DNA from: Pseudomonadota bacterium
GTDB lineage: Bacteria > Pseudomonadota > Alphaproteobacteria > Rhizobiales > JANQQB01
Assembly (NCBI GenBank): GCA_038745065.1
Contig: JBCDLT010000022.1
Coordinates: forward strand, 19,887-83,886
DNA: 64,000 bases
Direction of reading: 5' to 3'
Of the stretch, positions 50,838 to 61,602 are shown piece after piece; position 1 is the first letter of the stretch; the number at the start of each line of letters is the position of its first letter. The notes below the pieces were generated by a model. It made no database searches. It was given only the letters and a program-made list of their open reading frames with translations, and had not been told where the DNA came from. The position numbers were made by a program, and so were the translations under genes.

Positions 50838-51407
50838 TCAGGACCGGTCGGAATCGCGCCAGGGTGAAGACGGATCCGGTGCCCGGGTGAATTCGTCCGG
50901 ATCCAGGTCGACCACGTCGGAGCCCGCCGGCTTGTCCCCAGCGGAATGCGGCGGGCGCCCGCCCGGCCCCGTCGGACCGCCTGGTCCTGCGGCGCCGGTC
51001 TGCAACACGACGGAATCGGCCAGACGGGCCGCTAGGAAGGCGAACAGGACGTCGCGCACCGGCGGGACAAACAGCAGGAAACCGATCGCGTCGGTGACAA
51101 AACCCGGCGTCAAAAGCAAAACACCGGCGACCAGAAGCATTGCGCCGTGCGCGAGATCGCGGCCGGGCACGCGGTTCGCGTTCAGCTCGGTCTGGATTCG
51201 GCGGATAAGAGAAAATCCCTGCCATCGCAGCAATCCGGTTCCAATCACAGCCGTTACCAGAATCATCGCCAGCGTCGGGAAGACGCCAATCTGCCCGCCA
51301 ATCAGAATAAAGACGCCGATTTCCAGAATCGGAATGATTAAAAGTGCGAGCAGAATCAACATGCCCATCGGCATTCGCCTCATCGATCGGGTGCGCCGGA
51401 TCGGCAC
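50838..51407 (-). CDS. fxsA: FxsA family membrane protein
   Basis: PILEIGVFILIGGQIG and GLLRWQG blocks. The start is uncertain, with several in-frame Met codons at 51407-51362. Confidence 0.8.
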   Translation of the reverse strand: MPIRRTRSMRRMPMGMLILLALLIIPILEIGVFILIGGQIGVFPTLAMILVTAVIGTGLLRWQGFSLIRRIQTELNANRVPGRDLAHGAMLLVAGVLLLTPGFVTDAIGFLLFVPPVRDVLFAFLAARLADSVVLQTGAAGPGGPTGPGGRPPHSAGDKPAGSDVVDLDPDEFTRAPDPSSPWRDSDRS

Positions 51408-51643
51408 CCAAGTTGGTGCATTGCAGCGTGAAGTCCGTGCATCTTACCACCGCATCTGATATGATGGTAACCTGCTTGGGATTTAAGCCCTATAAACGGT
51501 TTGGCTTTCGATAGGCTTTGCACTATCTATTGTGTCCGGACGGCAGATGCTTCCGGGCCTTTTCCGCCGCCATGACCGCCGAACCCGAAGCAAGCAGTGA
51601 CGCGGCGCGCAAACTCGCACGAGGATCCTGACCGGACAGCACC

Positions 51644-52381
51644 ATGAATGGGTTTTTCGACATTTACAGTTTGATCTTCCTCGTCCTGGCGATTGCGATC
51701 TTCTTCCGCCTGCGCAGCGTGCTCGGCAAACGCACCGGAAACGAGCGACCGCCTTTCGATCCGATTTCGCATCGCGAACAGGACAGAAGCGGCACCGGCC
51801 GGGCGAACAACGAAAATGTGATCTCTTTGCCGAACAGTCGCGATACCGCGAAACCGGAGCCGGCTGAAGCCGTCGTCGACGAGTTGGCCGTGGATGCAAA
51901 CATCGACAAGATCGCACCGGCGGGGACGCCGCTGAACGCGGCTCTGAAGAGCATTTCGGCCGCCGACAGCAGTTTCGATGCCAAGGAATTCATCGGCGGC
52001 GCGCGCATGGCCTATGAAATGATCGTCGTCGCGTTTGCCGAGGGCGACCGCAAGACGCTCAAACAATTGCTGACGCGCGAAGTCTATGACGGTTTCAACG
52101 CCGCCATCACGGATCGGGAATCGCGCAACGAGACGGCCGACACGACCTTTGTCGGTATCGACAAGGCCGAATTGTCGGATGCGGTTCTGAAGAACGGCCA
52201 AGCCCAGGTCACCGTTCGCTTCCAAAGCCAGTTGATCTCGGCCACCCGCGACAAGAACGGCGCGGTCATCGATGGTGACCCGAACAAGGTGATCGATGTC
52301 ACGGACGTGTGGACGTTTGCGCGCGACGTGAATTCCCGCGATCCGAACTGGCATCTTATCGCCACCGAATCGGCCGACTGA
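51644..52381 (+). CDS. Tim44-like domain protein with an N-terminal TM anchor
   Basis: An N-terminal helix (IYSLIFLVLAIAIFF) and a C-terminal Tim44-like domain ending in WTFARD...NWHL. Confidence 0.8.
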   Translation: MNGFFDIYSLIFLVLAIAIFFRLRSVLGKRTGNERPPFDPISHREQDRSGTGRANNENVISLPNSRDTAKPEPAEAVVDELAVDANIDKIAPAGTPLNAALKSISAADSSFDAKEFIGGARMAYEMIVVAFAEGDRKTLKQLLTREVYDGFNAAITDRESRNETADTTFVGIDKAELSDAVLKNGQAQVTVRFQSQLISATRDKNGAVIDGDPNKVIDVTDVWTFARDVNSRDPNWHLIATESAD

Positions 52382-52385
52382 CACG

Positions 52386-53588
52386 TTGCGCCTGACGGCG
52401 TGGCTCCTGGCGGCCCTGATGATTTCGCCTGTACATGCCCCGCCCGCTATAGCCGATGCCGGCAGATCCGACTGGCGGACTTTGGCGTTTGACGGCTTGT
52501 CCGGGTGGGATAAAGCCGATCACGCGGCTGCTTTTCGCGGCTTTAAGGCCGCCTGCCCACAGCTTCTGGACAATCCGCCGCACATGCGGCGAAACGGCAT
52601 GGCGGTCTCCGAACTGCTGGCCGTTTGCTCGGCCGCACTCGCCGAACCGGAACCACCGTCGCCGAAAACGTTCTTCGAAGAGCATTTCGTTCCCAAGGTC
52701 CTGATACGGGACGGCCGCGAGGCTACGGGCTTTCTCACCGGATACTTCGAACCGGAGGTTTCGGCGTCGCGCACTCGCAATGAGCGCTTCGCGGTACCGC
52801 TCTATCGGCGGCCGGCCGATCTTGTTTCCGTGAAAAACCGAACCCTGCCGGAAGGGTGGGATCCCGATGTCCTGTTCGGCCGCGAAACGCCGAACGGCCT
52901 GGAGCCCTATCCGGATCGAGCGGCCATCGAAACCGGGTTCCTCGACGGTCGCGGGCTGGAAATGGCCTTTGTCGAAAGCTGGATCGACGCCTTTTTCATC
53001 CATGTTCAAGGATCGGCCCGCCTGCGTTTCAGTGACGGATCCGTCATGCGCGTCGCCTATGCCGGAAAATCCGGACATGCCTATTCATCGATCGGTCGGC
53101 TGCTCGCCGAGACCGAAGGCATCGACCCGGCATCGATCACCATGCCGGTTCTGCGGCAATGGCTGACAGACAATCCGCAGGAAGGACTGCGTCTGATGCG
53201 CCGCAATCAGTCCTTCATCTTCTTTCACGAGGTGTCGGATCTCAGCCCACAGGACGGACCGGTTGGCGCGGCGGGAACGCCGCTGCGCCCGCTTGCAAGC
53301 CTTGCGGTCGACCGGACGTGGCATTTGTTCGGGACGCCGGTCTGGGTGGACAGCCAGCGCGATGCGGCACTGTCTGAACGGGAAGCGGCTTCGCCAAAGC
53401 CGGAGGACTGGCGCGGCTTCCGCGGCCTGACGATCGCCCAGGATACCGGCTCGGCAATCCGCGGACCGGTCCGCGCGGACCTGTTCGTCGGATCGGGGCC
53501 CGATGCGGGTGCGGAAGCCGGCATCATTCGGCATTCGGCCCGCCTTGTTTTTCTCTGGCCCCGCACCGGATCCGGGGTACAGCCATGA
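52386..53588 (+). CDS. mltA: Murein transglycosylase A
   Basis: TTG start in the track, a signal peptide, and MltA blocks (TGYFEP, FIHVQGSARL) plus a 3D domain (DTGSAIRG). Confidence 0.85.
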   Translation: MRLTAWLLAALMISPVHAPPAIADAGRSDWRTLAFDGLSGWDKADHAAAFRGFKAACPQLLDNPPHMRRNGMAVSELLAVCSAALAEPEPPSPKTFFEEHFVPKVLIRDGREATGFLTGYFEPEVSASRTRNERFAVPLYRRPADLVSVKNRTLPEGWDPDVLFGRETPNGLEPYPDRAAIETGFLDGRGLEMAFVESWIDAFFIHVQGSARLRFSDGSVMRVAYAGKSGHAYSSIGRLLAETEGIDPASITMPVLRQWLTDNPQEGLRLMRRNQSFIFFHEVSDLSPQDGPVGAAGTPLRPLASLAVDRTWHLFGTPVWVDSQRDAALSEREAASPKPEDWRGFRGLTIAQDTGSAIRGPVRADLFVGSGPDAGAEAGIIRHSARLVFLWPRTGSGVQP

Positions 53589-54211
53589 CTCCCCGCAAAC
53601 CGCCCGCCGACAACGGGAAGGATCCGCCCCGCTCCGGCCTGACCGCGGAAGACCGAGCGCTTTGGGACAAGGTCAAGCAATCGGCCAATCCGCTTAGAAC
53701 CCGATCAAGCAACTTATCGGTCACTCCAGCGCCAGGAGCCACAATCGCCGCGCGGACGCCGGATCGGGACATGCCGGCGCGCGCGTCGGTTCCACCCCGA
53801 CCGAAACCACCGGTCAGCCCCGCGCCGCTTTCCGGACGACCGGCCCCTGCGACGCCTGCGACGCTGGACCGGCGTACGACCAAGAAGATTGCCAGAGGAA
53901 TGACGGCGATCGACGGTCGCATCGACCTGCACGGCATGACGCAACGATCCGCGCATGGCCGTCTGCTGAGTTTTCTCGATCAGGCACGAAGCCACGGTTC
54001 CCGCGTCGTGCTTGTGATTACCGGCAAGGGCGTTCGCACGCCGGATGCGCCGGGATCGCACCGCGAAACCGGGGTGTTGCGGCGTGCCGTCCCGCTCTGG
54101 CTTGAGGAACCGGCTTTTCGCGCTTTGGTCGCGGGATATTCCCCGGCTCATCGCAGTCATGGCGGAGACGGAGCGCTTTACGTGCGGTTGCGCCGGCGAC
54201 GCGGTGCGTAG
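53585..54211 (+). CDS. Smr/MutS2-like small domain protein
   Basis: C-terminal Smr domain IDLHGMT...VLVITGKG. ATGA overlap with mltA. Confidence 0.8.
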   Translation: MTPRKPPADNGKDPPRSGLTAEDRALWDKVKQSANPLRTRSSNLSVTPAPGATIAARTPDRDMPARASVPPRPKPPVSPAPLSGRPAPATPATLDRRTTKKIARGMTAIDGRIDLHGMTQRSAHGRLLSFLDQARSHGSRVVLVITGKGVRTPDAPGSHRETGVLRRAVPLWLEEPAFRALVAGYSPAHRSHGGDGALYVRLRRRRGA

Positions 54212-54309
54212 GAGCGCTGCACCGCCCAGGCAGCGCACAGCCTGACATTGCAAAGAGACTGCGCTTTTTTCACCAAATCTTGCTATAAGCGCGGAACGGC
54301 CGGCGTCGG

Positions 54310-57213
54310 ATGCTCCGGCTAAACGGCACGCCGTTCGGTCCGTCGTGGCCGTCACGGCCCCGCCGGTTGTCGACGAGATATCTGTCTTTGAAAGCCCTGT
54401 CCGTGCCCAAAACCGCGCCACGCTATCCGCTGCCTTTCGACGTCGAGGCCCTGCGGCAGGAATTCACTGACCTCACGAAGGGCCGCAATCGCGACGGGTC
54501 GGGCGCAGAAGTGCGCAAGGCCGTGCTGGCACGCCTGAAAGAGGTGCGGCAAACATGCCGGGACGAGGCCCAGCGCCTGCTCGAAGAGGATGGCAAGGGA
54601 CTGCGTTGCGCGGCCCTTCTGTCGGATTGCCAGGACGCGATCATCCAGGTCGTGATGGACTTTGCCGTTCATCACGTCTACCGGGCGCAAAACCCCTCTC
54701 AGGCGGAAAAACTGACAATCGTCGCGGTAGGCGGATACGGGCGGGGCGGCCTGGCGCCGGATTCCGACATCGACCTGATGTTCCTGCTGCCTTACAAGCT
54801 GACGCCCTGGTGCGAATGCGTCGTCGAATATGTGCTGTACATGTTGTGGGACATGCGGCTGAAGGTCGGCCACGCGACCCGCGACGTCGAGGAATGCATC
54901 AAGCTTGCCCGCTCGGACATGACGATCCGCACGTCGCTGCTGGAGGCGCGGCCGATCTGGGGCAACCAAACCCTGTTCGAAACCTTCCGGCAGCGTTTCA
55001 ATCGCGAGGTTGTGCGCCATACCGCCCGCGAATTCATCGCAGCCAAACTGGCGGAGCGCGACGATCGCCACAATCACCAGGGACGCTCACGGTACCTTGT
55101 CGAACCGAATGTCAAGGAGAGCAAGGGCGGCCTGCGCGACCTGCACACGCTTTTCTGGATCGCCAAATATTATTTTCGGGTCCAGGACAGCGACGAACTC
55201 GTCAAGCTCGGCGTGTTTTCCCGCTCCGAATTGCGGCGGCTGAAGGAGTGCGAGGACTTCCTGTGGGCCGTGCGCTGCCATCTGCACTTTCTGACAGGGC
55301 GGGCCGAGGAACGGCTTTCGTTCGACGTGCAACAGGAAATTGCCATCCGGCTCGGCTACCGGTCCCAGCCCGGTCAGCGCGACGTCGAGCGGTTCATGAA
55401 ACACTATTTCCTGCGGGCCAAGGACGTCGGCGACCTCACCCGCATCTTCTGCTCGGCCCTGGAAGCTCAAAACGCCAAGGAGGCGCCTCGAATCGGGCAA
55501 ATCCTGTGGCCGTTCCGAACCCGTATCCGCCGAATCGCGAACCATGACGATTTCATCATCGAACATGACCGGCTGAACGTCGCCGACGACGCGGTTTTTG
55601 CCAAAGATCCCGTGAATCTGCTGCGTATCTTCAAGCTGGCAGACGATATGAACCGGCTGTTTCACCCGGATGCCCTACGGCTGATCACCCGATCCCTGAA
55701 ACTCATCGACCAGACCTTGCGGTCCTCGGAGACCGCCAACGCCCTGTTCATGGAAATCCTCACGTCGCGCAACAACCCGGAGCGGGTTCTGCGGCGCATG
55801 AACGAAACCGGCGTGCTTGGCCGGTTCGTTCCCGAATTCGGCAAGATCGTCGCGATGACCCAGTTCAACATGTATCACCATTACACGGTGGACGAGCACC
55901 TGATCCGCTCGATCGGCGTGCTGGCGGATATCGAGGCGGGCGAAGAGGCCGAACAGCACCCGCTTGCCAGCGCCCTTATCCATAAGATCCAGAATCGCAA
56001 GATCCTGTATGTCGCGCTGCTGTTGCACGACATTGCCAAGGGCCGACCCGACGACCACTCGCTTGCCGGCGCCCGAATCGCCCGGCGCCTGTGTCCGCGG
56101 CTCGGCCTGTCCGGCGCCGAAACCGAAACGATCGCATGGCTCGTCGAGAACCACCTGGTCATGAGCATGACGGCACAATCCAGGGACATCAACGATCCGC
56201 GCACGATCGAAACCTTCGCCAAGACAGTGCAGAGCCCGGAAAGGCTGAGACTGCTCCTGATCCTCACGGTCGCGGATATCAAGGCCGTCGGACCGGGCGT
56301 GTTCAACGGTTGGAAGGGGCAGTTGTTGCGCACCCTTTATTCAGAAACCGAGCCGATACTTGCCGGCGGCCATACGGAGATCCCGCGCGAACACGCCGTC
56401 CGGGACGCCAAGGACGCCTTGCGGACGGCCCTCACCGACTGGTCGAAAGCCGAGATCGACGGCTACGTCAATAGACACCGCGCGCCGTATTGGCTGCGTG
56501 TGCCGCTGGATCGCAAAGTCGACCATGCCGGCATGGTCAGGGCGGCCGACCACGCATCGGAGCGTCTGGCCACCGACGTCATTACCCACGCTTTCGAAGA
56601 AATCACGGAAATCACCGTCGTCGCCGCCGATAACCCGCGTCTGCTGCAAACGATCGCCGGAGCCTGCACCTTGTCGGATGCCAATATCGTCGATGCGCAG
56701 ATCCACACGCTGACGGACGGCCTGGCGCTCGACTCGATCTTCGTGACCCGCGCCTTCCGCGAGGATGAGGACGAGTTAAGGCGGGGCGAGCGCATTCTGG
56801 AAATCATCGAGGATGCCCTCAACGGCCGCCAGGCACTGCCGGACCGGATCGACGCAAAGCGGACCCGCAAGTCTCGTCTCAAGGCCTTTCGCGTCGCCAC
56901 TGAAGTGCTGGTCAGCAACGATCGGTCCGAAGACCACACCGTGATCGAAGTTTCCGCCCTCGACCGGCCAGGCCTATTGTTCGCGCTCACGCGCGCCATG
57001 TCGACCATGGGTCTGACCATCGCTTCCGCGCATGTGGCAACTTTCGGAGAGCGCGCGGTCGACGTCTTCTACGTCACGGATCTCGACAAGAAAAAGATCA
57101 CCGATCCGGAACGGCATGAAACCATTCGGGCTCAACTGGTTTCGGCGATCGAACCGAAAAAGGCACCGGAGACCACACCAGGTCAGAGCCGCGCCGCTCG
57201 GGCACATGTCTGA
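54310..57213 (+). CDS. glnD: [Protein-PII] uridylyltransferase / uridylyl-removing enzyme
   Basis: Nucleotidyltransferase GGYGRGGLAPDSDIDL, an HD domain (HDIAKG), and two C-terminal ACT domains. The true start may lie up to ~30 codons downstream of 54310. Confidence 0.9.
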   Translation: MLRLNGTPFGPSWPSRPRRLSTRYLSLKALSVPKTAPRYPLPFDVEALRQEFTDLTKGRNRDGSGAEVRKAVLARLKEVRQTCRDEAQRLLEEDGKGLRCAALLSDCQDAIIQVVMDFAVHHVYRAQNPSQAEKLTIVAVGGYGRGGLAPDSDIDLMFLLPYKLTPWCECVVEYVLYMLWDMRLKVGHATRDVEECIKLARSDMTIRTSLLEARPIWGNQTLFETFRQRFNREVVRHTAREFIAAKLAERDDRHNHQGRSRYLVEPNVKESKGGLRDLHTLFWIAKYYFRVQDSDELVKLGVFSRSELRRLKECEDFLWAVRCHLHFLTGRAEERLSFDVQQEIAIRLGYRSQPGQRDVERFMKHYFLRAKDVGDLTRIFCSALEAQNAKEAPRIGQILWPFRTRIRRIANHDDFIIEHDRLNVADDAVFAKDPVNLLRIFKLADDMNRLFHPDALRLITRSLKLIDQTLRSSETANALFMEILTSRNNPERVLRRMNETGVLGRFVPEFGKIVAMTQFNMYHHYTVDEHLIRSIGVLADIEAGEEAEQHPLASALIHKIQNRKILYVALLLHDIAKGRPDDHSLAGARIARRLCPRLGLSGAETETIAWLVENHLVMSMTAQSRDINDPRTIETFAKTVQSPERLRLLLILTVADIKAVGPGVFNGWKGQLLRTLYSETEPILAGGHTEIPREHAVRDAKDALRTALTDWSKAEIDGYVNRHRAPYWLRVPLDRKVDHAGMVRAADHASERLATDVITHAFEEITEITVVAADNPRLLQTIAGACTLSDANIVDAQIHTLTDGLALDSIFVTRAFREDEDELRRGERILEIIEDALNGRQALPDRIDAKRTRKSRLKAFRVATEVLVSNDRSEDHTVIEVSALDRPGLLFALTRAMSTMGLTIASAHVATFGERAVDVFYVTDLDKKKITDPERHETIRAQLVSAIEPKKAPETTPGQSRAARAHV

Positions 57214-57226
57214 AGACTGATCTTCC

Positions 57227-58795
57227 ATGGCCCTTCTCCGCAACTTTGCAACGGTCGGCGGCGCCACAATGGCGAGCCGTGTGCTTGGCTTCGTGCGCGA
57301 CGTCCTGATGGCGAGCCTCATCGGCGCCGGACCGGTGGCGGACGCATTTCTGGCCGCGTTCCGGCTGCCGAACCTGTTCCGCCGGCTGTTCGCGGAAGGC
57401 GCATTCAATGCGGCCTTCGTGCCGCTCTTTGCCCGGGCCCTTGAGGCAGACGGCCGCGACGGTGCGCGGCACTTTGCCGAGGAGATCCTGGCCGCCCTGT
57501 TCTGGACGCTTGTCGGCCTGACGGCGGTCGCGCAGATCGCCATGCCGGGCCTCGTCTACCTGCTGGTGCCGGGTTTTGCCGATGAACCGGAAAAATTCGA
57601 TCTCACAGTTCTGCTCTCGCGCATCACGTTTCCATACCTGTTCTGCATGTCGATCATCGCGTTTCTCGGCGGCATCCTCAACACGTTCGGCAAGTTCGCC
57701 GTGGCCGCGCTCGCGCCGGTTTTGCTCAATATCGTGATGATCAGCGCGCTTGCCCTGGTCGCGATCACGGGAACCGGAACCTCGGCAGCATCGGGCATCA
57801 TATTGGCCACCGGCGTTGCCATTGCGGGCCTGGTACAGCTTGCAGCGCTCATCTGGGCGCTCGGCCGCGAGGGCTTTGGCATCCGCTTCCGGCGGCCGCG
57901 GATCACACCACATGTTCGGCGCCTTGTGGAACTGGGCATACCCGGCGTGATCGCCGGCGGCATCACCCAGATCAATCTCGTGATCGGCACCGTGATCGCA
58001 TCGGCCCAAGCGAGCGCGGTTTCCTACCTGTATTACGCGGACCGGGTCTATCAGCTGCCGCTCGGCGTCGTCGGCATTGCCATTGGCGTCGTGCTCCTGC
58101 CGGATCTTTCACGCAAGCTGAAGGCCGGCGACCACAAGGCCGTCATCGACAGCCAGAACCGGTCACTGGAATTCTCCATGGCGCTCACCCTGCCGGCGGC
58201 CGTCGCGCTATTTCTTATCGCGACGGAAATCGTGCATGTGCTGTTCGAACGCGGCGCATTCGATGCTGGCGATACGGAACAGACTGCCAATGCGCTGGCG
58301 GCGTTTGCCCTTGGATTACCGGCCTTCGTCCTGATCAAGGTGTTTTCGCCGGCCTTTTTTGCCCGAGAAGACACCAAGACGCCGATGTGGTTCGCCGGTG
58401 CCAACATGGTGGTCAATGTGGCCGGTTCGCTGGCGCTTTTTCCGTTCCTGCAACATGTCGGCATCGCGCTTGCAACGAGCGTGGCGGCCTGGGTCAACGT
58501 TCTGCTGCTCGCCGGCACGCTCGCCCGCAATGGCGATCTCGCCATCGACGGGCTCTTGATCAGACGGCTGTTGCTCCTCGGCGTTGCCAGCCTTGTCATG
58601 GGGCTCGGTGTCTATTACGGCGCGGCGGCCGGGCAGGACTTCCTGTTCAATGACCTGCTCGCGGTCCGCGCCGTGGCGCTCGGCACGCTTGTCGGCTTCG
58701 GCGTGGCGCTGTTCGCCGCGCTGTGCCAGGTCACCGGTGCCGCGGATTTCCTCGGTTTCTTCAGAAGAATCCTGCGGCGGCGCGCGGCGAGCTGA
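57227..58795 (+). CDS. murJ: Lipid II flippase MurJ (MviN)
   Basis: MATE-like, about 14 TM. N-terminal SRVLGFVRDVLMA...FRRLFAEGAFNAAFVP. Confidence 0.9.
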   Translation: MALLRNFATVGGATMASRVLGFVRDVLMASLIGAGPVADAFLAAFRLPNLFRRLFAEGAFNAAFVPLFARALEADGRDGARHFAEEILAALFWTLVGLTAVAQIAMPGLVYLLVPGFADEPEKFDLTVLLSRITFPYLFCMSIIAFLGGILNTFGKFAVAALAPVLLNIVMISALALVAITGTGTSAASGIILATGVAIAGLVQLAALIWALGREGFGIRFRRPRITPHVRRLVELGIPGVIAGGITQINLVIGTVIASAQASAVSYLYYADRVYQLPLGVVGIAIGVVLLPDLSRKLKAGDHKAVIDSQNRSLEFSMALTLPAAVALFLIATEIVHVLFERGAFDAGDTEQTANALAAFALGLPAFVLIKVFSPAFFAREDTKTPMWFAGANMVVNVAGSLALFPFLQHVGIALATSVAAWVNVLLLAGTLARNGDLAIDGLLIRRLLLLGVASLVMGLGVYYGAAAGQDFLFNDLLAVRAVALGTLVGFGVALFAALCQVTGAADFLGFFRRILRRRAAS

Positions 58796-58926
58796 TCGAA
58801 CCGTCACCGATCGTACGAGCCGTTCTCCTTCAATTGAATCCAATTGTCGAAGACTTGCGCTAAACTGCGGAAGAGAAAATGCGGTCCGGTCGGCGACCGC
58901 ATCGATCAAATGGACGGAGGCAACCC

Positions 58927-59313
58927 ATGGGCACCGAGTTATCAATGCTGCTGTATACGACGTTGCTGGCCTTTGTGCTGATCGTCGTTCATGCGACCGT
59001 CGTCTCGCTGAAGATGGGCATACCCTGGGCGTTTTCGAACCGCAGTGAACCGGCCCATGCCGGGGAGACGGCGGATCGGCTGAAACGCGCCGTCGAAAAC
59101 CACAAGGAAGGCCTGATCTTCTTTGCACCGGTTGCGCTGATCATTGCCATAGGCGGCCTTTCCACCCCGCTTACCGTGCTTGGCGCGCAGATCTACTTCT
59201 TCGCGCGTGTCGCACATGCGCTGACCTACGCCGCCGGAATAGCCTATGTCCGGTCGGTCGCCTGGGTCGCCGGCATTGTCGGTTTCCTGATGATGGTGGT
59301 CGGGATCTTCTGA
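58927..59313 (+). CDS. MAPEG family membrane protein
   Basis: GGAGG lies 6 nt upstream of ATG 58927. Four hydrophobic helices, and the RAVENHKEG and FFARVAH blocks. Confidence 0.75.
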   Translation: MGTELSMLLYTTLLAFVLIVVHATVVSLKMGIPWAFSNRSEPAHAGETADRLKRAVENHKEGLIFFAPVALIIAIGGLSTPLTVLGAQIYFFARVAHALTYAAGIAYVRSVAWVAGIVGFLMMVVGIF

Positions 59314-59431
59314 GCCGTAAACCGGCGGCGCCGCGGCGCGCGCTCCGGAATTGGCGCTGGACAAGCGCGGCAAAAGATCCTAACCGCTGCCTTCCCGTCT
59401 TGCTTTCCTGCCAAATTCCTGGAGCGGATCC

Positions 59432-60484
59432 ATGACCGCGTTCGATCAACGCGTCTTTTCCGGAGTGCAGCCAACCGGCAATCTGCACCTCGGCAATTAC
59501 CTTGGAGCAATCACAAAGTTCGTCGCGCTGCAGGATTCCTTTTCCTGCGTCTATTGCGTGGTCGACATGCATGCCATCACGGTCTGGCAGGATCCCGCGG
59601 AAGTGGTCGCCAATACGCGGGAAGTGACCGCGGCTTTCCTCGCTTCGGGCATCGATGCAAAACGCAACATCGTGTTCAACCAGAGCCAGGTCGCGGCGCA
59701 CGCGGAACTCGCGTGGATTTTCAACTGCGTGGCCCGAATGGGTTGGCTGAACCGGATGACGCAGTTCAAGGAAAAGGCCGGAAAGGATCGCGAAAACGCA
59801 TCGGTCGGCCTGTTCTCCTACCCGACGCTCATGGCCGCCGACATCCTGGTCTACCGCGCTACGCACGTGCCGGTCGGCGACGATCAGAAGCAGCACCTGG
59901 AACTGTGTCGCGACATCGCCCAGAAGTTCAACAACGACTTCGCCGACTCGATTGCCGTGTGCGGAGCCGGTGTCGGGGACGTGGGATTCTTTCCTCTTAC
60001 CGAACCAGTGATCACCGGACCGGCAACGCGGGTGATGTCGCTGCGCGACGGCTCGAAAAAAATGTCGAAATCGGAACCCTCCGACATGTCGCGCATCAAC
60101 ATGACGGATTCTCCCGACGACATTGCCAAGAAGATCCGAAAGGCAAAGACCGATCCGGAACCCTTGCCGAGCGAGCCGGACGGATTGGAGGGCCGTCCGG
60201 AAGCGCAGAATCTGATCGGCATCTATGCCGCGCTTGCGGGAACGGAAAAATCCGACGTCCTAAAGGAGTTCGGAGGCTCGCAGTTCTCGACCTTCAAACC
60301 GGCCCTTGCAGATCTCGCGGTGGAGAAGATTGCCCCGATCGCCGCCGAAATGCGGCGCTTGCAAAGCGATCCGGACTACATCGATTCCGTGCTTGGCGAC
60401 GGCGCGGAACGGGCGGCTGCGATTGCGGACCCCGTTGTCCGGCAGGTGAAGGAGATCGTTGGATTCCTCTCCTCAAGACGATAG
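59432..60484 (+). CDS. trpS: Tryptophan--tRNA ligase
   Basis: HIGH-type GNLHLGNY and KMSKS signatures. Confidence 0.95.
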   Translation: MTAFDQRVFSGVQPTGNLHLGNYLGAITKFVALQDSFSCVYCVVDMHAITVWQDPAEVVANTREVTAAFLASGIDAKRNIVFNQSQVAAHAELAWIFNCVARMGWLNRMTQFKEKAGKDRENASVGLFSYPTLMAADILVYRATHVPVGDDQKQHLELCRDIAQKFNNDFADSIAVCGAGVGDVGFFPLTEPVITGPATRVMSLRDGSKKMSKSEPSDMSRINMTDSPDDIAKKIRKAKTDPEPLPSEPDGLEGRPEAQNLIGIYAALAGTEKSDVLKEFGGSQFSTFKPALADLAVEKIAPIAAEMRRLQSDPDYIDSVLGDGAERAAAIADPVVRQVKEIVGFLSSRR

Positions 60485-60516
60485 GTTCGAGATCTTCAGA
60501 AAAAGGGGAGGTTTGC

Positions 60517-60810
60517 GTGGCCAAGGGTTATTGGATCGGACGGGTCACCGTAAACGATCCGGAAATGTATAAAGCCTACGTAGCCGGAAACAGCCGGGCC
60601 TTCGAAAAGTATGGCGGGCGTTTCATCGTGCGGGGCGGACCGTTCGTCTGCATGGAAGGCGACAGCCGCGATCGGAATGTGGTGATCGAATTCCCGACCT
60701 ACGATGACGCGATCGCCTGTTACAATTCGGCCGAATATCAGGACGTCCTGAAATACCGTGCCGATGCGTCGGAATCCGATCTCGTGATCATCGAGGGTTA
60801 TGACGGCTGA
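60517..60810 (+). CDS. DUF1330 domain protein
   Basis: GGGGAGG lies 5 nt upstream of GTG 60517. KGYWIGRVTVNDPEMYKAY...VVIEFPTYDDAIACYNSAEYQ. Only this tail of track ORF 59554..60810 is coding. Confidence 0.75.
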   Translation: MAKGYWIGRVTVNDPEMYKAYVAGNSRAFEKYGGRFIVRGGPFVCMEGDSRDRNVVIEFPTYDDAIACYNSAEYQDVLKYRADASESDLVIIEGYDG

Positions 60811-60860
60811 GACCGGGCCGGATCCTGAAACAAAGCGCTTTTTGCCGCCGTCTTTCGTTT

Positions 60861-61271
60861 TTACCCGTACCGGTCCGTCAAGGCGCTGAAACCTGCCTCG
60901 TAGATGCCGGCGACGACATCACGGGCGGCCGCTTCGTCCATGCCGCGCGCTACAAAACCACAACGCCAGACCACATCGCACCCCTTGCCATTGGCCACGA
61001 TCGACAGGGTCGAGCGATAGCGGGAAACAGGCAACGGGCCTTCGACGATCGAATAGGAATAGGATTTTCCCGAATCGTCCATGTCCTCGAGCCGCTCAAC
61101 AAGAATCGAGCCGTCAGGCAGTGTCACGACCCGGTGTACGAAGCCATCGCGGTCCTCCAGAACCGTATCCCGGGCTGCCGGATGCCAGCTCATGTCGGAA
61201 AAATCGCCGATTGCGTCCCATACATCTTCCGCGCTGCCGGCTAGGGATACCCGCCTCTCTACTTCCACCAT
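60861..61271 (-). CDS. SRPBCC (START/polyketide-cyclase-like) family protein
   Basis: Start at ATG 61271 (MVEVERRV). Pattern VWDAIGDFSDMSWHPA...YSIVEGPLPV. Confidence 0.7.
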   Translation of the reverse strand: MVEVERRVSLAGSAEDVWDAIGDFSDMSWHPAARDTVLEDRDGFVHRVVTLPDGSILVERLEDMDDSGKSYSYSIVEGPLPVSRYRSTLSIVANGKGCDVVWRCGFVARGMDEAAARDVVAGIYEAGFSALTDRYG

Positions 61272-61602
61272 ACTGAATTTCCTTCCGGATTCCCGGCCCA
61301 ATCGCCGCCTTCAACGCGCCGGTACACTCTGTGCCGCGCCGTCAAACGCTGGGCCGGCCTAAAATCATCCCTAGGATAATGGTCGTTCGGACTGCAAATC
61401 CAATGGGAATATTGTCCGTGAGACAATCCGCGGCGGTAGACAGGCCACGATATCTTTCCCGCGCGTAATCGGCATCGATCCCTGTTCAGCCATTGATCGG
61501 CTGTTGCTCCGGCTGCTATATGCCGACTGGCCGGATCCGGCAACGGAACCGACAGGCGGCCGATGCGCCGCTCCTGCTCTTTATTCCTTACCGGAGTCCC
61601 GC

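Noticed and set aside
54355-54365. Apparent one-base discrepancy at a C-run near the glnD 5' end
   Set aside because: My hand count gave five C, while the ORF-track translation (…SRPRRLS…) implies four. The track shows an uninterrupted 967-codon ORF on both strands' frames, so I treat this as my own counting error and not a frameshift. It is a reminder that my base-level coordinates may be off by about 1.
59554-60516. First 321 codons of ORF 59554..60810 (418 aa)
   Set aside because: It is an out-of-frame overlap with trpS and is Arg/Gly-rich. Only the last 97 codons (DUF1330, with its own SD and GTG at 60517) are credible.
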